Below are positions 13,901 to 25,025 of a stretch of 64,000 nucleotides of DNA, piece after piece. The DNA comes from the human T2T-CHM13v2.0 reference genome, Homo sapiens. A model generated the notes under the pieces. That model was not told where the DNA came from and did no database searches. It saw only the letters and a program-made list of their open reading frames with translations. A program made the translations under genes and the position numbers. Location: the NCBI RefSeq assembly GCF_009914755.1, contig NC_060945.1; one strand, given 5' to 3'. Every line of letters starts with the position of its first letter. Within the stretch, counting starts at the first letter, position 1.

Positions 13901-16900
13901 GAATGTTATGCAATGGAATGGAATGGAAAGAAATTGAATACAATGGAATGGAATGGGGGGAGGGGAATGGAATTGAGTGGAGTGGAATACAATGGAATAG
14001 AATGGAATTTAGTGGAGTGGAGTGGCGTCCAGTGGTTGGTAATTGAAAGTAAGGGAATGGAATGGAATGGAGTCGAATGCAGTGGAGTGGAACACAGTGG
14101 AATGGAGTGGAGTGGAATGGAGAAGAGTGGAGTCGAGTGGATTGGAATGGAGTGGAGTGAGGTGGAATGCAATGTAGTGGAATCACATGGAATAGAATCG
14201 AATGGAATGGAGTGGAATGGAATGAAGTGGAGAGGCGTGAAATGGAATGGAATGGAATGGAGGGTAGGGGAGTGGAGTAGAATGGAAAGGAGTTGAATGT
14301 ACTGGATTGTAGTGGATTGTAATGGATTGTACTGGAGTTGAAAGGAATGGAATGGAATGGAATGGAATGAAAAGGAGTGGGAAGGAATGGAGTGAAGTGG
14401 ATTTGAATGGAATTGAGTGGAGTGGAATGGTATGGAATGAAATGGGATGGAGTGAAGTAGAGTGGGGTTGAGTGAAATGGAATTGAATGGAATGTTATGG
14501 AATTTAATGGAATTGGTTGGAATGGAATGGAATGGAATGGAATAGAATGCTATGGAGTGGAGTGGAGTTGAGTGGAGCAGAGAGGAATGGACCGTAAAAG
14601 AATGGCATGGAATGGAGTCGGATGAAATTGAATGGAATTGAAAGGAATGGCATGGAATGGAGAGGAAGGCAATGGAGTGGAATGGAGTGGATTGGAATGG
14701 AAAGGAGCGGAATGGATTGGAGCGGAGTGGAATGCAATGGAGTGAAATGGAGAGTAGTGGAATGGAATGCAATGGATTCTTGAGGAATGGAATGAATTGG
14801 AGTAGAATGGAGTGGAAAAGAGTGGAGTGCAATGGTAATCATTGGAATAGAATGGATTGTAAAGGAGCTGAGAGAAGTGACATAGATTAGAGTGGAACGG
14901 AGTTATTTGGAGTGGAATGGAATGGACTGTAATGGAATTGAATGGAGTGGAATGGAATGGAATGGAGTGAAGTGGAGTGGGATCGAGTGGAATGGAATGG
15001 AATGGAGTGGAATGGAATGGAATGGATATGAGGGGAGTGGAATGAAATGAAATGGAATGGAATAGAGTGGATTGGAAAGGAATGGAATGGAATGGAGTGA
15101 TGTGGAATGAAATGGAGTGGATGGAGTGGAGTTTAGCGGATTGGAATGGAATGGAGTGGAATGGAATAGAGTGGAATGGAATGGAATGGTGTGTAGTGGA
15201 ATGTAACTGGATGGAAAGGAATGGAATGAAATGGAAAGGAATGGAACGGAGTGGAGAGGATTAGAGTGGAATGGAATTAAGTGGAGTGGAAAAAAATGCA
15301 ATGGAATGAAAAGCAATGGAGTGGAGTGGAATGGAGTGGAAAGGAATGGACCAGAATGGAACGGAATGGAATGGAGAGGAATGTAATGTAATGGAATGGA
15401 GTGGAATGGAATTGATTGGAATGGAATGTAGTGGAGTGGAGTGGAGTGGGGTCGAGTGGATGGGAATAGAATGGAATGGAATTGATTGGAATTGAAACGA
15501 GGGGAGTGGAGTGGATAGAATGGAATGGAGTGGAGTTGAATGGATTGGAATGGAATGCAATGGAATGGAGAGAAGGGGTGTGGAGTGGAATAGAATGGAT
15601 TGGAGTGGAATGGAATGGAATGAAATGGAATGGAACGGAATCGAGAGCAAAGGAGTGGAGTGGAATGGATTGGAATGGAATCGAATGGAAGGGAGATGAG
15701 GGGTGTGGAGTGGAAAAGAGTTTATTGGAGTTGAATGGAATAGAGTGGAGCAGATTGGAATGGAATGGAAGGGAGAGGAGGGCAATAGAATGAAATGGAA
15801 TGGAATTTAATGGAATGGAGTGGAACAGAATGCAATGGAGTGGAATGTAATGAAATGGAAAGGCATGGGATGAAGTGGAACGCAATGGAATGGAATGGAT
15901 TGGTAATGAGGAGAGAGGAGTGGAATGGAATGGAGTGGAAAGCAGTGGAGGGGATTGGAATGGAATGGAGTGGAGTGGGATTGAATGGAGTGTAATGGAA
16001 TGGAGTGGAATGGAGTGGAGTGGAATGGAATGGAACGGAGTGTGGTGGAATGGAATGGAATGAAGTAGAGAGAAATGGAGTAGAGTGGAGAGGAATACAG
16101 CGGAATGAAGAGGAGTAGAATAGAATAGAATAGAATGGAATGGTGTGTAGTGGAATGAAATGGAGTGGCATGGAATGGAGTGGAGTGGAATTGAGTGGAG
16201 TGCAATGGATTGGAATGGAATGGAATGCAATGGAATGGAATCGAATGTAATGGGATGGGGTAGAGTGGAATTGAATGGATGTTAATGGATGGAGTGGAAT
16301 GGAATGTAGTGTAAAGGAATGGAATGTACTCAAGTAGAATGAAATTTAATAGAAAGGAAAGAAGGGGAGTGCAATGTAATGGAAAGGAGTGGAATGGAAT
16401 GGAATGGAATGGAATGGAATGTTATGGAATGGAATGGAATGGAATCGAGTGGACTGGAATGGAATGGAGTGGAGTGGAAGGGAATGGAATGGAATTGAAT
16501 GGATTGCAGTGGATTGAAGTGGAGTTCTTTGGAATGGAATGGAGTGGAATGGAATTAAATGGAATGGAGTGGAATGGAAGGGGGTGGAGTGGAATGGAAT
16601 GGAACAGAATGGAGTGGAGTGGAATGGAATGGAATTGAGTGGAGTACAGTGGAGATGATTGAATATGAGTGGAGTGGAGTGGAATGGAGTGGATTGGAAT
16701 AGAAAAAACGGAATGGAATGGATTGAAATGGAACGAAGTGAAATGGAATGGAGTGGAATGGACTGTGGTAGACTGGAATGGAATAGAGTGGAATGGATTG
16801 GAGAGAAGTGGAACAGAATGGAATGGTGTGGAAGGGAATGCAATGGAACAGAGTGGACTAGAAAGGATTTGAGTGGAATGGAGTGAAATGGAATTTAATG

Positions 16901-19900
16901 GAATACAACGGAATGGCATAGAATGGAGTGGGATGGAGAGGAATGGAATGGAATGGAATGGAATCTAATGGAACAGAAAGGAATGGAGGGAAGTGGGAAG
17001 GAATGGAATTTAATGGAATGGAGTGGAATGGAGAGGATTGTTATGGAGTGGCAAGGAATGAAATCGAATGGAGTGGAATGGAATGGAATGGAGTGGAGTG
17101 GAGTGGAGTGGAATGGAGTGGAGAGGAGTGTAGTGGAATGGAATGGAAGGAATGGAATTTAATGGAATGGAATGGCAGGGAATGGAATGTAGCGGAGGGG
17201 AGAGGAGAGGAGTGGAAAGTAATGGAGTGGAATGGAATGGAACAGAATGGAGTGGAATGGAGAGAAGAGGAGTGGAATTGTATGCAATGGAGTGGAATGG
17301 AAGGGAATGGAATGGTACGGAAAGGAATGAAGTGGAATGGAATGGAATTGAAAGGAACGGAATGGAATAGCGTGGAATGGAATGGTGTGGAATGGAATGG
17401 TATGGATTCGAGTGGAATGGAGCAGAATGGAATGGAAGCGAATGTACTGGAGTGGAGTGGAGTGGAATGGAATAGAAAAGAATGGAATTGGGTGGATTGC
17501 AATGGAATTGACTGGAGTGGAAGACAATGGAATGGAATGGAATGGTTGTAGTAGAGTGGAGTGTGGTCGGGTGGAATAAAATGGAATGGATTGGAGTGAA
17601 ATGGAACGGAATTCCGTGGAATACAATGAAATGGAATGGAATGGAATGGAAAGGAAAGGAATGGAACGGAACGGGCCAGAACAGAATGGAATGGAACGAA
17701 ATGGAATGGAATGGAATGGAATAGAGTGGAAAGGAATGGAATGAAATGGGGTGGAATATAGAGGAGTGGAGTGGAATGGAATGGAATGCAGTGGAGTGGA
17801 AAGGAATGGAGCAGAATTTATTGGAATGGAATGCAATGCAATGGAAACGAATGGAATGGAATGGGGTGGAATGGGGTAGTGCGGAAAGGAATGGAGCAGA
17901 ATTTAATGGAATGGAATGCAATGGAATGGAAACGAATGGAATGGAATGGGGTGGAATAGAGTGGTGTGGAATTTAATGGAGTGAAGTTGAATGGAATGGA
18001 ATGGAAAGGATTGGAATGCAGTGGAGTGGAATGGATTGGAATAGAATGGAATAGAGTGGAATGGAATCTAGTGTAATGGAATGGAAGGGAATGAAATGAA
18101 ATGCAGTCGAATGTAATAGAATAGAACGGAAGTGAATGGAGTGGAGTGAAAAGTATTGAATTTTTTCAAGTGGAATGGAATGGAATGGAATGTAAAGGAA
18201 TGGAATGCATTGGAAATGAATGGAAAGGAATGGAGTGGAAGTGTAGTATACTGGAGTGGAGTGGAGTGAAATGGAAGAGAATAGAATGGAAAGGAACGGA
18301 ATGGAACAGAATGGATTGGAATGGAATGGAATGGAATGGAATAGACTGTATTGGAATGTAATGTAATGTTATGTAATGGAAAGGAATGGAATAGAGTGGA
18401 ACGGAATGGAATTGAATGGAGTGGAATGTAGAGGAGTGGAGTGTAATGGAATGGAATGTTGTGGAAGGGATTTTAGAGGAATGGAGTGGAGTGGAATGGA
18501 ATGGAGTGGAATAGAGTGCAGTGGAATGGAATGGAGTGGAATGGAATGGAATGGAGTGGAATGGAATGGAAAGAATTGGAGTGGACTTCTGTGGAATAGA
18601 ATGGAATGGAGAGGAGGGGAACGGAGTGGAGTAGACTAGAATGAAATCAAATGGAATGGAATGGAATGGAAAGGAAAGAAATGGAATCGAGTGGAGTGGA
18701 GAAGAAGAGAATGGAGTGGAGTAAAATGGATTGGAATGGAAAGGAACAGAATGGAATGGAGTGAAGTGGAGTGGAGAGAACTGGAGAGGAATGGAGTGGA
18801 ATTTAATGGAATGGAAGGGAATGGAATGGAATGGAGTGCAGTGGAATGGAATGGAATGGAATGGAATGGAGTGGATTGGAATGGAATGAAGTGTAATGGA
18901 AAGGAGTGGAATGGGATGGAATGGACTGGAGAGGAGTGGAATGGAATTGAATGCAATAAAATGGAATGGAGTGAAGTGGAGTGAAGTGGAATATAATGTA
19001 ATGGAATGCAATGGAGTGCAATGGAGTGGAGTGGATTGGAACGGAATAGAGTGGAATAGAGTGGAGTGGATGGAATGGAATGGAATGGAATGGAAAGGAA
19101 TGGAATGGAATGGAGTGGAATGGATTGGAATGGAATGGAATGGAGTGGAATGGAATGGAATGGAATGGAGTGGATTGAAGTGGAATGGAAAGGAAAGGAA
19201 TGGCATGGAATGGAATGGAATGGAGTGGAGTGGAGAGGTGGGGATAGGGGTGGAATGCAATGAAATGCAATCCAATGGAATGGAATGCAATGGAATGGAA
19301 TGCAATGGAATGGAAGGGAATGGAGTGGAATGAAGGAGAGTGGAATGGAATGGAGTGGAATGGAATGGAATGGATTGGAATGATGTGGAGTGGGGTGGAT
19401 GGAATGGAATGGAATGGACTGGACTGGACTGGATGGAATAAAATGTAAAGGCACGTATCAAATGGATGTAATGGAATCGAATGGAAGTGAGTGCACTGGA
19501 GTGGAGTGGAGTGTAAAGAAATGGAATGGAGTGGAATTCAAGGGAATGGAAAGGGAAGGAATGGAATGGAAAGGAAAGGAATGGAGTGGAGTGGTTTGGA
19601 ATGGAATGGAGTAGAGTGGAATGGAATGCAATGGAATGGAATGGAATGAATCGGAATGGAATGGAAACGAATTCCATAATGTGGAAGGAATGGAATGGAG
19701 TGGAATGGAATCTTGTGGAATGCAACAGAAGGCAATGGAATGGAAAGGAGAGGAGTGTAGTGTAGTGGAATGGAATGAACAGGTATGGAATGTAACCTAA
19801 AGTAGTTGAATGGAATGGAGTAGAATGGAATGGGGTGGAATGAAATGGAGTGTTATGGAATGCAATTGAGTGGAATGGGGTCGAATGGAGTGGAGTGTAA

Positions 19901-20540
19901 TGGAATGGCATGGAATCGAGTGGATTGGAATGGATTGGGATTGAGTGGAGTGGAATGCAAAGGAGTGGAATGGAATGGAATGGATTGGATTGGAGTTGAG
20001 TGGAATGGAATGGAATGGAGTGTAGTGGAGAGGAGTTTATAGGAGTGGAGTGGAGTGGAGTGGAAGGGAGTGGAATGGATTGGAATGGAATGGAATTGAA
20101 CGGAGCGGAAGGGAGTGGAGTGTAGTAGAGTGGAATGAAATGGAATGGAATTGAATGGAAAGGAATGGAAGGAATGGAATGGAATGAAAGGGAATCGAGT
20201 GGATTGGAGCGGAATAGAATGGAGGGGAAAGGAACGGAATGGAATGGAATGTAATGGAACGGAGTGGAGTCTAGTGAAGAGGAATGGAGCGGAACAGAAT
20301 GGAATATAGTGGAATGGAGTCGAGTGGAGTGCAGTGTAATGCAACGATATAGAAAGGAATGCAGTGGAATGGAATGGAGTGGAATGGAATGGAGTGGAAT
20401 GGAATGGAGTCGAATGGAATGGAATGGAATGGAGTGGAGTGGAATGGTAATGAATGCAATAAAATTGAGTAGAGTTGAATGGAGTGAAGTGGAGTGGAAC
20501 GGAATGAAGTGGAATAGAGTGGAGTGAAAAGGAATGGAAT
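7986..20540 (+). repeat. Diverged GGAAT/GGAGT satellite domain 2, containing a ~4.5 kb higher-order duplication
   Basis: Same divergence style as domain 1; paired rare landmarks at 9345/13845, 9558/14038, 10181/14777, 12355/16801. Confidence 0.88.
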
Positions 20541-23500
20541 GGATGGAATGGAATGGAATGAAATGGAATGGAATGGAATGAAATGGAATGGAATGGAATG
20601 AAACGGAATGGAATGGAATGAAATGGAATGGAATGGAATGAAATGGAAGTGACCGGAGTGGAATGGAATGGAATGAAATGGAATGGAGTGGAATGGAATG
20701 GAATGGAAAGGAAAGGAATGGAATGGAAAAGAATGGAATGAAATGGAATGGAGTGGAATAGAATGGAATGGAATGGAATGGAATGGAATGGAATGGAATG
20801 GAATGGAATGGAATCAACTGGAATGGGATGGAATGAAATGGAATGGAAAGAAAGGGAATGGAATTTAATGAAACGGAGACTATCCGAACGGAATGGAATG
20901 GAATGGAATGCAATGGAATGGAATAAACACGAATGGAATGGAATGGAATGGAATGGAATGGAATGGAATGGAATGGAATGGAATGGAATGGAATGGAGTG
21001 GAATGGAATGGAATGGAATGGAACTTAATGGAATGGATTCAACCCAAGTAGAATGGAATGGAATGAAATGGAATGGAAAGGAATGGAAAGGAATGGAGTG
21101 GAATGGAATCAACGGGAGTGGAATGGAATGGAATGGAATGGAATGGAATGGAATGGAATGGAATCAACACGAGTGGCATGGAATGGAATGGAATGGAATG
21201 GAATGGAATGGAATGGAATGGAATCAACACGAGTGGCATGGAATGGAATGGAATGGAATGGAATAGAATGGAATGGAATGGAATAAACATTAAGGGGATG
21301 GAATGGAATGGAATGGAATGGGATGGAATGGAATGGAATGGAATGGAATAGTATGGAATAGAATCAATTGGAATGGAATGGAAGGGAATGGAATGAAATG
21401 GAGTGGAATGGAATCAACCCAAATAGAATTGAATGGAATGGAATAGAATGGAATGGAGTGGAAAGGAATTGAGTGGAATGGAATCAACCAGTTGGAATGG
21501 ATTGCAATGGAATGGAATGGAATGGAACGGCGTTGAATGGAACGGAATGGAATAGAATGCAATGGAATGGCATGGAATCAACCCGAGTGGAATGGAATGG
21601 AAAGGAATGCAATGGAATGGAATGGAATGGAATGGAACGGAACGGAATGGAACAGAACGGAATGGAATGGAATGGAATCAAACCAAATGGAATGGAATGG
21701 AATCAACCCCAGTGGAATGGAATTGAAAGAAATGGAATGGAATGGAATGGAATGGAATGGAATGGAGTCAACTGGAATGGAATAGAATGGAATGGAATGG
21801 AATGGAATGGAATGGAATGGAATGGAATGGAATGGAATGGAATGGAAAAAACCCGAGTGGAATGGAATGGAATGGAATGGAATGAACTAGAAAGGAATGG
21901 AGTGGGATGAAATGGAATGGAATGGAATGAAATGGAATGGAAGGGAATATAATGGAATGGAATGGAATGGAATCAACCCGAGTACAATGGAATGGAATGG
22001 AAAGGAATGGAAAGGAATCGAGTGGAATCAACCCGAGTGGAATGGAATGGAGTGGAATTAATTGGAATGGAATGGAATGGAATGGAATAGAATAGAAAGG
22101 AATCAACTAGAATGGAATGGAATGGAATGCAATGCAATGGAATAGAACGGAATAGACTGGAATGGAATGGAATGGAATGGAATGGAATAGAATGCAATAG
22201 AATGGAATGGACTCAACTCGAGTGGAATGGAATGAAATGTAATGGAATGGAATGCAATAGAATAGAATGCAATGGAATGGAATCAAGTAGCCTCGAATGC
22301 AACAGAATGCAATGCAATCAACTCAAGTGGAATGGAATGGAAAGGAGTGGAATACAATGGAATGGAATGCAATAGAATGGAATTGAATGGAATGGAATAA
22401 TGTGGCCTCAAGTGCAATAGAATTAAATGGAATCAACTTGAAGGAATGGAATGGAATGGAAAGGAATAAACTGGAATGGAATGGAATGGAATGGAATGGA
22501 ATGGAATGGAATGGAATGGAATGGAATGGAATCAACACGAGCCGAATGGAAGATTGGAATGGAATTTAATGGAATGGAATAGAGTCAACCGAAGTGGAAT
22601 GGAATGGAATGGAATGAAATGGAATCAATCGGAGTGGAAAAGAATGTAACGGAATGGAAAGGAATGGAATGGAATGGAATCATCCAGAGTGGAATGGAAT
22701 GGAATGGAATGGAATGGAATGGAATGGAATGGAATGGAATGGAATCAACACGAGCCAAATGGAAGATTGGAATGGAATTTAATGGAATGGAATAGAGTCA
22801 ACCGAAGTGGAATGGAATGGAATGGAATGAAATGGAATCAATCGGAGTGGAAAAGAATGTAACGGAATGGAAAGGAATGGAATGGAATGGAATCATCCAG
22901 AGTGGAATGGAATGGAATGGAATGGAATGGAATGGAATGGAATGCAATGGAATGGAATAGAATGGAATGGAATGAAATTAAATGGAGTCATCCCGAGTGG
23001 AATGGAATGGAAAGGAATTGAATGGAATGGAATGGAATGGAATCAACCCGAGTGGAATGGAATGGAATGCAATGGAATGGAATGGAATGGAATGGCATCA
23101 ACCTGAATGGAATGGAATAGAATGGAATGGAATTCAATGGAATGGAATGCTATCAACCCGAGTGACATGGAATGGAATGGAATGGAATGGAATGGAATCA
23201 AATGTAATGGAATGGAATGGAATCAACCCGAGTGGAATGGAATGGATTGGAATGGAATGGAAAGGAAAGGAAAGGAATGGAATGGAATGGAATGGAATGG
23301 AATCAAAATGAGTAGAATGGAATGGAATGGAATTATATGGAATGGAATGGAATGGGATGTTATGGAATGGAATGGAATGGAATCAACCCGGGTGGAATGG
23401 AATGGAATGGAATGGAATCAACCAGAAGGGATTGGAATGGAATGTAATGCAATGGAATGGAATGGAATGGAATCAACCCGAGTGTATTGGAATGGAATGC

Positions 23501-25025
23501 AATGGAGTGGAAGGGAATGGAATGGAATGGAATGCAATGCAATAGAATGGAATGGAAAGGAATGGAATGAAATAGCCTCGAATGCAACAGAATGGAATGT
23601 AATCAACTCGAGTGGAATGGAATGGAAAGGAGCGGAATGCAATGGAATGGAATGCAATAGAATGGAATTGAATGGAATGGAATGAAGTGGCCTCGAATGC
23701 AATAGAATGAAATGGAATCAACTCGAATGGAATGGAATGGAATGGAATGGAATGGAATGGAATGGAAAGGAATCAACTGGAATGGAATGGAATGGAATGG
23801 AATCAACGCAAGTGGAATGGAATGGAATGGAATGGAATGGAATGGAATGGAATGGAATGGAATGCAATGGACTCAAGCGGAGTGGAAAAGAATGTAACGG
23901 AATGGAAAGGAATGGAACATCCAGAGTGGAATGGAATGGAATGAAATGGAATGGAATGGAATGGAATGGAATGGAATGAAATGGAATGGAATGGAATGGA
24001 ATGGAATGGAATTTAATGGAGTCTTCCCGAGTGGAATGGAATGGAATGGAATGGAATGGAATCACCCCGAGAGGAATGGAATGGAATGCAATGCAATGGA
24101 ATGGAATGGAATGTCATCAACCCGAATGGAATGGAATAGAATGGAATGGAATTGAATGGAATGGAATGCTATCAACCCGAGTGGCATGGAATGGCATGGA
24201 AAGGAATGGAATCAAATGGAATGGAATGGAATGGAATGGAATGGAATGGAATGGAATGGAATGGAATGGAATCAACCCGAGTGGAATGCAATGGAAAGGA
24301 ATGGAATGGAATGGAATGGAATGGAATGGAATGGAATGGAATGGAATCAACCCGAGTGAATGGAATGGAATGGAATGGAAAGGAATGGAATCAACCCGAG
24401 TGGAATGGAGTGGAATGGAATGGAATGGAATGGAATCAACCCAAGTGGAATGGAATGGAATGGAATGGAATGGAATGGAATGGAATGGAATGGAATCAAC
24501 CCGAGGGGAATGGAATGGAATGCAATGGAATGGAATGGTATGGAATGGAATGGAAAGGAATGGAATCAACCTGAGTGGAATGGAATGGAATGGAATGGAA
24601 TGGAATGGAATGGAATGGAACGGAATCAACCCCAGTGTAGTGGAATGAAAGGAATGGAATGGAATGGAATGGAATAGAATCAACTAGAATGGAATAGAAT
24701 GGAATGGAATGGAATGGAATGGAATGGAATGGAATGGAATCAACCCGAGTGGAATGCAATGGAAAGGAATGGAATGAAATGGAATGGAAGGGAATATAAT
24801 GGAATGGAATGGAATGGAATCAACCCGAGTGCAATGGAATGGAATGGAATGGAATGGAATGGAATGGAATGGAATGCATTGGAATGGCATGGAATGGAAT
24901 GGAATCGAATGGAGTCAATTCGAGTGGAATGGAATGGAATGGAATGGAATAGATTGGAATGGAATGGAATGGAATGGAATGGAATGGAATGGAATGGAAT
25001 GGAATGGAATGGAGTGGAATGGAGT
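20540..25025 (+). repeat. Classical Satellite III block: (GGAAT)n interspersed with CAACCCGA(G/A)T decamer and variants
   Basis: CAACCCGAGT at 21579, 21974, 22029, 23044, 23154, 23224, 23474, 24173, 24273, 24348, 24392, 24741, 24821; CAACCCGAAT at 24118; variants CAACACGAG, CATCCAGAG, CAACTCGAG; GGAGT pentamers are scarce. This decamer is the established Sat III hallmark. Confidence 0.93.
22533..22958 (+). repeat. 213-bp tandem duplication within the Sat III block
   Basis: CAACACGAGCC at 22533/22746 and CATCCAGAG at 22681/22894, with matching intervening landmarks (GAAGATTGG, GTCAACCGAAG, CAATCGGAGTGGAAAAGAATGTAAC). Confidence 0.9.
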
